DNA from: Vicinamibacteria bacterium
Lineage (GTDB): Bacteria > Acidobacteriota > Vicinamibacteria > Marinacidobacterales > Marinacidobacteraceae
DNA: 64,000 nucleotides
Assembly (NCBI GenBank): GCA_965232015.1
Contig: OZ246946.1
Span: 60,688-124,687, forward strand
Reading direction: 5' to 3'
Shown: one piece after another, positions 8,216 to 16,094 of the stretch
Position numbering within the stretch: position 1 is the first letter of the stretch
Layout: the number at the start of each line of letters is the position of its first letter
Translations under genes and position numbers: made by a program
The notes under the pieces: generated by a model
Told to the model about the DNA's origin: nothing
The model's database searches: none
Seen by the model: the letters and a program-made list of their open reading frames with translations, nothing else

Positions 8216-8974
8216 CTACAGCCGCCTCCGCGGGTTGATCATCGTCCGCCACATGTGCGCGGTGGGGCTGTTGTCGTTGCCGAGCCCTTCCTTGGGCTGG
8301 CGGAAGTGGCGGCCGACGATGTCGGTGAACGGCTCGATCGAGACCTTCTTGTCCGGATCGAAGCTGTAGTCATCGTGCATCGTGATGGACCGCGCCGCCA
8401 TGTACCACTTGTGGTTCCGGGCGTACTCATGGGCCGCGTGGATGTAGGGCTCCGGCTCGTGGTCGGCCCCGAACATCCGGACGTACATCTCGGGATACTC
8501 GTAGCCCACCGACGGGTCGGGGAAGAAGCGCAGCGCCTGGTGGTAGCGGATCGCCCACGAGACCCGCTCCGAGACGTAGGGCTGGATCATCTGCGCGCAC
8601 CACCAGCCGTGGTCGGCGCGGATCAGGTTCATCACCGAGATGTCATGGAGCAGGCAGGCCAGAATGATCTCCTCGTCCATCCCGTGCTCCATGGCGCGCG
8701 TCGCGCTCTGGAGCACATGCGACGCCGAGCCGAACCGATGCTCGAAGAAGTCGAGGAGCGTCGGCTTCGCCGGCATGACCGACAGCGGATCCTCGCCTTC
8801 CGCGTTGCGCAGCGGCGGGCGCTCGGCCGGGCCCCCACCCGGAGAACTGGCGGCTGACGACTCGTCGAGGAGATGCATCATCTCGTGTTCGAGCGCCTCC
8901 GCCCGGTCGTTCACGCCCACGATGCCCGCGCCGCTCACCGCAGCGGCCGCCTTGAGGAAAAGCCTCCGATCCAT
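8216..8974 (-). CDS. Tat-signal HD-domain protein (MIOX/PhnZ-like di-iron oxygenase superfamily)
   Basis: Starts MDRRLFLKAAAA (twin-arginine motif), with cat at 8972-8974. HD motif LACLLHDIS, plus HVLQSA..A and YHQALRFFP segments that resemble inositol-oxygenase-like HD proteins. Confidence 0.75.
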   Translation of the reverse strand: MDRRLFLKAAAAVSGAGIVGVNDRAEALEHEMMHLLDESSAASSPGGGPAERPPLRNAEGEDPLSVMPAKPTLLDFFEHRFGSASHVLQSATRAMEHGMDEEIILACLLHDISVMNLIRADHGWWCAQMIQPYVSERVSWAIRYHQALRFFPDPSVGYEYPEMYVRMFGADHEPEPYIHAAHEYARNHKWYMAARSITMHDDYSFDPDKKVSIEPFTDIVGRHFRQPKEGLGNDNSPTAHMWRTMINPRRRL

Positions 8975-9044
8975 TCTCGACCTCCTTGTCGCCGCATCAC
9001 GCCCAACCGCCGGACGCCCCAACGACTTCTTTAGTATAGGGAGC

Positions 9045-9297
9045 GCTGCCGGCGCGTCTTGCCGGCGCGCCGGACTCCAGTCCCTTGCCGGCGCGCCGGA
9101 CTCCAGTCCCTTGCCGGCGCGCCGGACTCCAGTCCCTTGCCGGCGCGCCGGACTCCAGTCCGGCAATTCCAATCCGGTGCCGGCGACACTGCCGGCGCGC
9201 CTTGCCGGCGCGCCTTGCCGGCGCGCCGGACTCCAGTCCGGCAATTCACGGAGGGCATGTGCCCCTCGGTGCAGGTCTGGAGAGCGGCGCTCCATAC
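9045..9297. repeat. Repeat cluster R3 with 26-nt tandem units
   Basis: TTGCCGGCGCGCCGGACTCCAGTCCC is repeated perfectly at 9059-9084, 9085-9110 and 9111-9136, with a variant fourth copy. Ends with ...CTGGAGAGCGGCGCTCCAT. Confidence 0.9.
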
Positions 9298-9319
9298 CTC
9301 CATAAGCTCCCTCCAACCG

Positions 9320-10465
9320 ATGCCAGAACCGCGTCCCTCCCGCCTTTCCCGCCGGGCCCTCCTCGCCACCGCCACCGGCCTGAGCGCGGCCGCCCTCCCC
9401 GCCTGCGCCGCCCGCCCGTCGCCCCCGGCCCCGGAACCACCGACCGCGCCCGCCTTCCGACTCCCCAAGGTCCGCGTCTCGCCCGACCGCGTCATCCGGA
9501 CCGTCGTCGGGCTCCGCCCCTACCGCCCCGCCGGGTTCCGGGTCGAGCGGGAGGATCTTGGCGGTGGCCGCCTCCTCGTCCACAACTACGGACACGGCGG
9601 CGGCGGGGTGACCCTCTCGTGGGGAAGCGCCTGGCTCGCGGTGGAGGAGCTGCTCGGCGACGAACCGCCCCCGGCCCGGGCGGCGGTGATCGGCTGCGGC
9701 GCGGTCGGGCTCGCCACCGCCCGCCTGCTGCAGCGTCGAGGCGTCGAGGTCACGATCCATGCGAGGGATCTCCCGCCGAACACGACGTCCAACGTCGCCT
9801 GCGCGCAATGGTCCCCGTTCTCGGTCTCTGACGCCCGGGTGGCGACGGACGAGTTCCGGGTCCGGTTCCAGCGCGCCGCCCGGATCGCCTACCGCATCTT
9901 CCAGGACATGGTCGGCCCCCGCTACGGGATCCACTGGCTGCCCAACTATCCGGTGAGCGACTCGCCCTTCGGGGGTTCGGCCGCGGCGGACCCGCTCGCC
10001 GATCTCTACCCCGAGTCGCGCGAGTTCGCCCCCGGAACCCATCCGTTCCCGGCCCGCCACGCCCGCGAGTACCACAGCATGATGATCGAGCCGCCGGTCT
10101 ATCTGCAGGCGGTGCTCGACGACTTCCTCCTCGCCGGGGGAGTGGTCCGGATCCGCGAGTTCGGCTCTCTCGACGAGTTCACCAGCCTCCCCGAGCGCCG
10201 CGTCGTGAACTGCACCGGGATCGGCGCTCGCGCCCTGACCGGCGACGAGGGGCTGGTCCCGCTGAAGGGCCAGCTCACGGTGCTGCTCCCCCAGCCCGAG
10301 ATCCGCTACATCACTCTCGCCGGGGGTCTCTACATGATGCCTCGCGCCGACGGCATCCTCCTCGGCGGCACCCGCGAGCGCGACGTCTGGAGCCTCGAAC
10401 CGAATCGGGAGGCGGAGCAGCGCATCCTCGCCGGCCACGCCGACTTCTTCGCCCGCATGGCCTGA
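9320..10465 (+). CDS. Tat-signal/lipobox FAD-dependent oxidoreductase, D-amino-acid-oxidase-like, apparently circularly permuted
   Basis: ATG at 9320. SRRALLATATG...LPAC signal. The HNYGHGGGGVTLSWGSA motif (normally C-terminal in DAAO) precedes the dinucleotide-binding VIGCGAVGLATA motif. VNCTGIGA and LGGT segments follow. Confidence 0.8.
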   Translation: MPEPRPSRLSRRALLATATGLSAAALPACAARPSPPAPEPPTAPAFRLPKVRVSPDRVIRTVVGLRPYRPAGFRVEREDLGGGRLLVHNYGHGGGGVTLSWGSAWLAVEELLGDEPPPARAAVIGCGAVGLATARLLQRRGVEVTIHARDLPPNTTSNVACAQWSPFSVSDARVATDEFRVRFQRAARIAYRIFQDMVGPRYGIHWLPNYPVSDSPFGGSAAADPLADLYPESREFAPGTHPFPARHAREYHSMMIEPPVYLQAVLDDFLLAGGVVRIREFGSLDEFTSLPERRVVNCTGIGARALTGDEGLVPLKGQLTVLLPQPEIRYITLAGGLYMMPRADGILLGGTRERDVWSLEPNREAEQRILAGHADFFARMA

Positions 10466-10510
10466 CGGCGCCCGCCCTGCCGACCCGTCGGCAGGGGGGG
10501 GCGCCGTTCT

Positions 10511-10620
10511 ATCGGAACGCCGGACTCCAGTCCCTTGCCGGGCCCCCACCGGGAGAACTGGCGCCGGACTCCAGTCCGGCAATTCCACGCCGGCGCCCGG
10601 AACTGCCGGCGCGCCTTCGC
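10511..10620. repeat. Repeat cluster R4
   Basis: GCCGGACTCCAGTCCCTTGCCGGGCCCCCACCGGGAGAACTGGCGCCGGACTCCAGTCCGGCAATTCC, then CTGCCGGCGCGCC. Confidence 0.9.
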
Positions 10621-10645
10621 GCCTGACGGCGCTCGCTCGCCCGCA

Positions 10646-11350
10646 TCACACCAGCTCCGCCAACCGAAACCCGGGCGCATCGAGCACGGCGTTCTCCACC
10701 TCCAACTCCGGGATCCCCCCGCGCCACGCCGCCACCGCCCGCTCCAGAGCCCGGCGCCGGGCGTTCGTCAGCGCCCCCTGCGGCGACGGCGCCCTTCCTT
10801 CGAACCAGGCGGCCGCCGCCACCGCGTGCGGAACCGGTTCGCGCTCCGCGTACTGCCGCCCCATCGCCCCGGCGGCTTCTTCGAGGGAGACCCCGCTCCC
10901 GATCAACGCCGCAAGATCCGCCACATCGTTCTCCTCGTGCCGCTGGTGCGCCATCGCCAGCTTCAACCCCGCGAGATCCAGCCGTGACGCGACGCGCGGG
11001 CCGGTCGCCGCCGCCACCGGCAACCGGAGCCGGGGGAAGCGGATCCCGCCGAAGAACGAGAGCAGGACCGCGCCGTCCCGTCCCGCGGCCTCGACCCCGA
11101 GCGTGTCCGCCTCATCCTGGAGGACGCGGATCGCCCGCATCGGTCGCAGGCGCGCCATCAGCTCCCGCTTCTCGGGGCGACGCAGGGACGCTGAAGAGAA
11201 GAAACCGAAGTCCACCGATGCCCGGTGTCCGAGGTGGAGGGCGCACGCGGTCCCTCCGTAGAGCACGAACCCGGCGCGCGTGAACCCGAGCGCCGGAAAC
11301 AGCCGGCGTTGCGCGAGCGGGAGCGCGCTCAGCCGAAGCGCCAGAGGCAT
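10646..11350 (-). CDS. Nucleotidyltransferase AbiEii/AbiGii-like toxin-family protein
   Basis: 234-aa C-terminal part of track ORF 10646..11788 starting at MPLALRL (cat 11348-11350). The motif LYGGTACALHLGHRASVDFGFF matches the family signature GGTAL.L.LGHR.S.D.DFF. Confidence 0.75.
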   Translation of the reverse strand: MPLALRLSALPLAQRRLFPALGFTRAGFVLYGGTACALHLGHRASVDFGFFSSASLRRPEKRELMARLRPMRAIRVLQDEADTLGVEAAGRDGAVLLSFFGGIRFPRLRLPVAAATGPRVASRLDLAGLKLAMAHQRHEENDVADLAALIGSGVSLEEAAGAMGRQYAEREPVPHAVAAAAWFEGRAPSPQGALTNARRRALERAVAAWRGGIPELEVENAVLDAPGFRLAELV

Positions 11351-11862
11351 GCGTCGTAACCGAGCCTGGGTCCGCTCGGCAGGGGCGGCCACGGTTGCGC
11401 CCGGGGTTCCGGGGCGTCCGCCGGCAGCGCGCCCGCCGCCTTCATCTCGGTGATCACCGTCGGCGGGGGCCGCCGCGGCGGCTCGCCGTGAAGTCTGAGG
11501 TGCCAGTACTTCCAGAGCCGGGGATGCATGACCCCCGGGCGAGCGTGGTGGAGCGCCACCCGGAACGCGGCCTCGCCGAAGAGTTCCAGCGCCGCGAGCG
11601 CCGTCCCGCCCGGCCCGAGCCCCATGAGGTTCCCGAGGAACGTCACGCCGTCGCGGGACAGGCCCCGCCGATCCTCCGGTGCGCAGCGATGGGTGCTCCG
11701 CGCTTCCAGCCATCGGAGCCAATCCCGGTCGGCTGGGGGACAGGTCGTCCCGAGATCGAGCGACGGGCGTTCGGAAGGAGAGGGACACGACTCCGAAGGG
11801 TGGATGTAGCGCGGATCCGCCGTCACATCGCCCGGAGTCCCACGGGTCGCAACTCGTCTCAT
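11329..11862 (-). CDS. Hypothetical protein overlapping the AbiEii-like gene start (candidate cognate antitoxin); start uncertain
   Basis: Minus-frame ORF ending at 11329, a 22-nt overlap with the toxin start. The 3' half has high GC3 and protein-like sequence (LGNLMGLGPGGTALAALELFGEAAFRV...MHPRLWKYWHLRL). Alternative starts at 11874, 11862 and 11625. No family recognised. Confidence 0.3.
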   Translation of the reverse strand: MRRVATRGTPGDVTADPRYIHPSESCPSPSERPSLDLGTTCPPADRDWLRWLEARSTHRCAPEDRRGLSRDGVTFLGNLMGLGPGGTALAALELFGEAAFRVALHHARPGVMHPRLWKYWHLRLHGEPPRRPPPTVITEMKAAGALPADAPEPRAQPWPPLPSGPRLGYDACLWRFG

Positions 11863-12194
11863 CGCTCCCCGCATCCTACGCCGGGAGCCCAACGCCCGCT
11901 CCCGGAATCCGCAACCGATCCGAATTTTCGGATGCACACTCGATTCCACACCTCTCCGTCCCGGCCCCAAGTCCATGGTTTTTCGCTCATCGAGCCCCGC
12001 CCACGCGCTGCGGCGCGGTCCTTGCCTCAGGTGAGGCTGCGCCCGGTCTCTCGGGACGGGCCATGTGGTATCTTCCAACCACTTTCATCCATGTACGGCT
12101 GCTCCGACCCCCGCTCATCGGTGGGCCGCCGACCGGCCCGGCGGCGCTTCTGCCGCCCCACAGACTTGTTTCGAAATCCGACCAGGAGGAGTTC

Positions 12195-15100
12195 ATGAGG
12201 TCTTTGCTCACTAGAACGGCCGCGGTGCTGGCCGTCCTGGGGGTCGCTTCGGGCGCCTTTGCCCAGACGTTCCAGGGCAGCATCCGCGGCACCATCCGCG
12301 ACGCTGACGGCGGTGTACTTCCCGGCGTCACCGTCACCATCCAGAACGAGGACACCGGCACCTCCCGGAGCGCCGTCTCGAGCGCTGTCGGCGAGTACGT
12401 CTTCGCCAACGTCCAGCCTGCGACCTACACCCTTCGCGCCGAGCTGAGCGGCTTCGCTCCCTCGGTGAGCGAGGGGCTCATCGTGGGCGTTTCCTCGGCG
12501 GTCCTGAACGACCTCACGCTGACGGTCGGCGGCATCGAGGAGACGGTCACCGTCACCGCCGAGAGCCCGCTGATCGAGACCGCGACCGCCTCGGTGGCGT
12601 CCGCGGTCAGCCGCGCCGAGCTGGAGGTCCTCCCGACCCCCGGCCGGAACGTGTTCATCCTCGCGGTGGGCACTCCGAACGTGGTCCACACCGGCGACCC
12701 GGTATGGGTGAAGCAGTCCGACCAGACGAACTCCTCCCTGCTCTCGCTCGGCGGAGGCCCGCTCCGCGGGAACAACTACACCGTTGACGGCGTCGCGACG
12801 ACCGACCTCCGGAACCGCTCAGCGATCATCCCGATCTTCGACGCGGTTCAGGAGATGAAGGTCCAGGTCAACACCTATGACGCCGAGATGGGCCGCACCG
12901 GCGGCGGGGTCTTCAACGTGATCGCCCGCAGCGGGACGAACAACTGGGCCGGAAGCGGCGCCTACCAGCACCGTCCGGGCACGATGAACACCTGGGCGCG
13001 CGCGCTCCCCTATACCGACCAGTTGCGCGCCGACAGCGATGCTTCCGCTGAATTCGCCGATCGTCCCTTCAAGCTCGGGAACGGCTCCTTCGGCGGCCCG
13101 ATCCTGACCGACCGGACGTTCTTCTGGGTCGCGGCTGAAGGATTCAAGGATCTCCTCGCCAGCAACACCGAGGTCATCATCCCGACCGCCGCCGAGGCGA
13201 GCGGCGACTTCTCCGCGAGCGGGACCACGATCTACAACCCGTACGACCTCGACGCGAACGGGAATCGGATGCCGTTCCCCGGGAACCGGATCCCCTCGAA
13301 CATGATCGACCCGGCCGGCCGCGCCCTCGCTGGACTCCTGACGAACCTCGGCCCCGGCGGCCCGGTCGCCTCCTCGGGCGCCCAGACCACGACGGCGTTT
13401 CAGGGTGACCTGAACCTGGCGCACACCTTCTCCGATACCTGGCAGTCCTCGCTGACCTATCTCTACTACACGTCGAAGGAAGGCGCTTTCCAGCAGTACA
13501 CCAACCTGATCGGATCCCTGCCCGAGTACGGGATCGGCGCCGCCGACCTGCTTCGGGATGTGCATGTCGTCGCCTTGAACAACACGTTCGTCGTCGGCGA
13601 CGCCTCGGTGCTGAACCTGCGCTACGGCCAGACGTACTTCAACGACTCAGTCATCAACCCCGAATACACCGCCGACCAGATCCGCGGTGAGCTCGGTGTT
13701 CAGGGCGGGTTCGTGGACCAGATCTACGCCCAGGACGGCTATGTCGGGCAGTTCCCCGGGATCACGATCTCGAACTTCGGCGACGGCGGTTCGACGCACG
13801 GCTCCTGGGACAACACCGACACCCAGTGGTGGTCGCGTGAGGTCAGCGGCACCTACACCCGCTTCCTCGGCAACCACACCGTGAAGGTCGGGGGTCAATG
13901 GCGGCGCATCGGCCTCCACGCCGCGGCCTTCGGCAACGGCTTCAACCTTGGTTTCGCGCAGAAGTTCACCCAGGGTCCCGATCCGACCTCTCCCGACTCT
14001 GGTTCGGGAAGCGCTCTCGCCGATCTGCTTCTGGGCATTCCGAACTCCGGGAACGCCACCGTCGCTCAGGCGGCGGATGTCTTCGTGGACTATTACGGCG
14101 GCTTCGTCCAGGACGACTGGCGTCCGAGCGACAACCTCGTCCTGAACCTGGGTCTGCGTCTGGAGCACGAGACCGGCCTCATGGAGGACACAAACGACTT
14201 TGCGGTCGGCTGGGACCGGACCAACCCGTTCCCGACACAGGTCGCGCTGGATTCGAGCCTCGAGGGCTCACTCCCGGGCTTCCCGCTCCGCGGCGGCCTG
14301 ATGTATGCCGGCATCGACGGCAACCCGACGCACCAGTGGGATCCGCCCTCGATGAAGCTGGGGCCCCGCGTGGGCTTCGCCTACACGCTGAACCCCGAGA
14401 CCGTGGTACGTGGTGGATACGCCGTGTTCTGGGCGCCTTACGCGATCCCGAGCGGCACGAGCGCTTCGCACCTCGGGACCTACGGCTACACGAACGTCAC
14501 TTCGCTCGTGACGAGCTTCGATGATGTCACCCCGCCGGAGGCCACGGCTTCGAACCCCTTCCCGAATGGCATCGAGAATCCGGTGGGGAATGGGAACGGC
14601 CGCTTCCAGAACATCGGCGGCGATGTGTACTTCAACGAACAGTTCCGCGCCTCCCCCTACATCAACAAGTGGTCGCTCGACCTCCAGCGCGACATCGGGA
14701 CCGACCTCGCCTTCAAGGTGGGATACGTGGGCAGCCAGGGCGCTGACCTCGCCATCGGCGGCACGAACAACGCGGTCATCAACATCAACCAGCTCGCCGA
14801 CCAGTATCTGTCGCTCGGAGATCGGTTGAACGAGCAGTATCCGAATCCGATGTACGGGCACTCCGAGTTTGGCGCCTTCTCATCGCAGGAGACGCTGCCG
14901 CTTGGTCAGTTGCTGCGTCCCTATCCGCACTTCCGCAACGTGTATGCCCGCCACGTCAGTTCCGGCAAGTCGCTGTACCATTCGGCTCGTGTCGAGTTCG
15001 AGAAGCGCTTCCGCGACAACTGGGGCGCCCGGATCAACTACACGTTCACGAACCACGACGACAACATCTACGAGTCGAACACTCTCCTCGAGAACGAGAC

Positions 15101-15698
15101 CGGCACGATCTACAACACGCCCGACGAGTGCGCTCTCGGAAAGTGCTCGGTGCTCGACGCCGACTACGGCCCGTCGCGGGTCCACGTGCCGCACCAGATG
15201 AACGTCAACGCGACGGTGCGTTCCCCGTGGGACGGTCCGATCCTCGGCGGTTGGTCGCTCTCGGTGGTGTCCATCATGCGGAGCGGCTTCCCGCTGGTGG
15301 TGACCCAGAACTCGAACCCGCTCGGGGCCTACGGTTTCGCGAACCAGCGGCCGACCAACGCGAACATCTCCGGTGGCGGGAACCCCCGGGGCAGCCATAC
15401 GACCTACGTCTCCGCGGGCTCCGCGACGCCGACCGAGGGATTGACGCTGAGTAACGCGCCCAACACGACCGACGCCGTGCGCAGCCCCGTTCTCATCAAC
15501 TGGGACTTCTCACTCGAGAAGACCGCGCGGATCATGGGTGACGTGAACCTGAACCTCCGGTTCGAGTTCATTGATCTCCTCAACCACGTGAACTGGCGCG
15601 GACCGCGGACCGTGCTGGGTGCCAGCACCTTCGGCAGTATCCCTGGAACCCGCGGGTATCCGAGGACCTTCCAGTTCATGGCGAAGCTCACCTTCTAG
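12195..15698 (+). CDS. TonB-dependent-receptor-like outer-membrane protein with N-terminal carboxypeptidase-regulatory-like domain
   Basis: ATG at 12195 preceded by AGGAGGA. Signal peptide ...GAFAQ. GVTVTIQNEDTGTSRSAVSS..GEYVFANVQPATYTL (CarboxypepD_reg). Long beta-barrel-like body ending in a terminal F. Confidence 0.85.
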   Translation: MRSLLTRTAAVLAVLGVASGAFAQTFQGSIRGTIRDADGGVLPGVTVTIQNEDTGTSRSAVSSAVGEYVFANVQPATYTLRAELSGFAPSVSEGLIVGVSSAVLNDLTLTVGGIEETVTVTAESPLIETATASVASAVSRAELEVLPTPGRNVFILAVGTPNVVHTGDPVWVKQSDQTNSSLLSLGGGPLRGNNYTVDGVATTDLRNRSAIIPIFDAVQEMKVQVNTYDAEMGRTGGGVFNVIARSGTNNWAGSGAYQHRPGTMNTWARALPYTDQLRADSDASAEFADRPFKLGNGSFGGPILTDRTFFWVAAEGFKDLLASNTEVIIPTAAEASGDFSASGTTIYNPYDLDANGNRMPFPGNRIPSNMIDPAGRALAGLLTNLGPGGPVASSGAQTTTAFQGDLNLAHTFSDTWQSSLTYLYYTSKEGAFQQYTNLIGSLPEYGIGAADLLRDVHVVALNNTFVVGDASVLNLRYGQTYFNDSVINPEYTADQIRGELGVQGGFVDQIYAQDGYVGQFPGITISNFGDGGSTHGSWDNTDTQWWSREVSGTYTRFLGNHTVKVGGQWRRIGLHAAAFGNGFNLGFAQKFTQGPDPTSPDSGSGSALADLLLGIPNSGNATVAQAADVFVDYYGGFVQDDWRPSDNLVLNLGLRLEHETGLMEDTNDFAVGWDRTNPFPTQVALDSSLEGSLPGFPLRGGLMYAGIDGNPTHQWDPPSMKLGPRVGFAYTLNPETVVRGGYAVFWAPYAIPSGTSASHLGTYGYTNVTSLVTSFDDVTPPEATASNPFPNGIENPVGNGNGRFQNIGGDVYFNEQFRASPYINKWSLDLQRDIGTDLAFKVGYVGSQGADLAIGGTNNAVININQLADQYLSLGDRLNEQYPNPMYGHSEFGAFSSQETLPLGQLLRPYPHFRNVYARHVSSGKSLYHSARVEFEKRFRDNWGARINYTFTNHDDNIYESNTLLENETGTIYNTPDECALGKCSVLDADYGPSRVHVPHQMNVNATVRSPWDGPILGGWSLSVVSIMRSGFPLVVTQNSNPLGAYGFANQRPTNANISGGGNPRGSHTTYVSAGSATPTEGLTLSNAPNTTDAVRSPVLINWDFSLEKTARIMGDVNLNLRFEFIDLLNHVNWRGPRTVLGASTFGSIPGTRGYPRTFQFMAKLTF

Positions 15699-15713
15699 GC
15701 GACCCTCCCCGCC

Positions 15714-16090
15714 TGTGGAGCGCCGGACTCCAGTCCGGCACTCCCGGCCCCTGGAAACCGGCGCCTCCCACCGGAGGCGCCGGCCACGGGCCACCTCCTA
15801 TGCAGCGCCGGAGTCCAGTGCGGCACGGCGCGGCCCAGTTGGACCGCCTCCCTATGGAGCGCGGCTCTCCAGTCCGGCACCGCGCGGCCCAGGTGGACCG
15901 CCTCCCTATGGAGCGCCGGACTCCGCCGGTTCTCCCGGTAGGGGCCCGGCACCGCGGCCGAACCGACCGGTGTATGGAGCGCCACTTTTCCGAGTGGCAC
16001 GATGGAGCGTCATCGGCTGCCGCGCAACGCTGGAACGCTGGAATGACGCACCCTTGCCGGGAGAACCGGTGGAGGCGCCGCTCCATGCCG
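15714..16090. repeat. Repeat cluster R5 with a tandem unit of about 54 nt
   Basis: GTGGAGCGCCGGACTCCAGTCCGGCA at the left end. Units starting near 15794, 15847 and 15901 (CCTCC(C)TATGGAGCGC...GGACCG). CCGGTTCTCCCGGTAGGGGCCCGGCA module. Confidence 0.85.
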
Positions 16091-16094
16091 CCGG

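Noticed and set aside
8975-10588. Upstream 538 codons of track ORF 8216..10588 (790 aa)
   Set aside because: This part reads through repeat cluster R3 and runs antisense to the DAAO-like gene. The real gene starts at the Tat-signal Met (8974).
11679-12194. N-terminal extension of the OMP ORF 11679..15698, with similar extensions at 18192..18641, 33706..34011 and 58975..59856
   Set aside because: The extensions lack protein-like composition. The true starts are marked by ribosome-binding sites plus signal peptides (12195, 18191, 33705, 58974).
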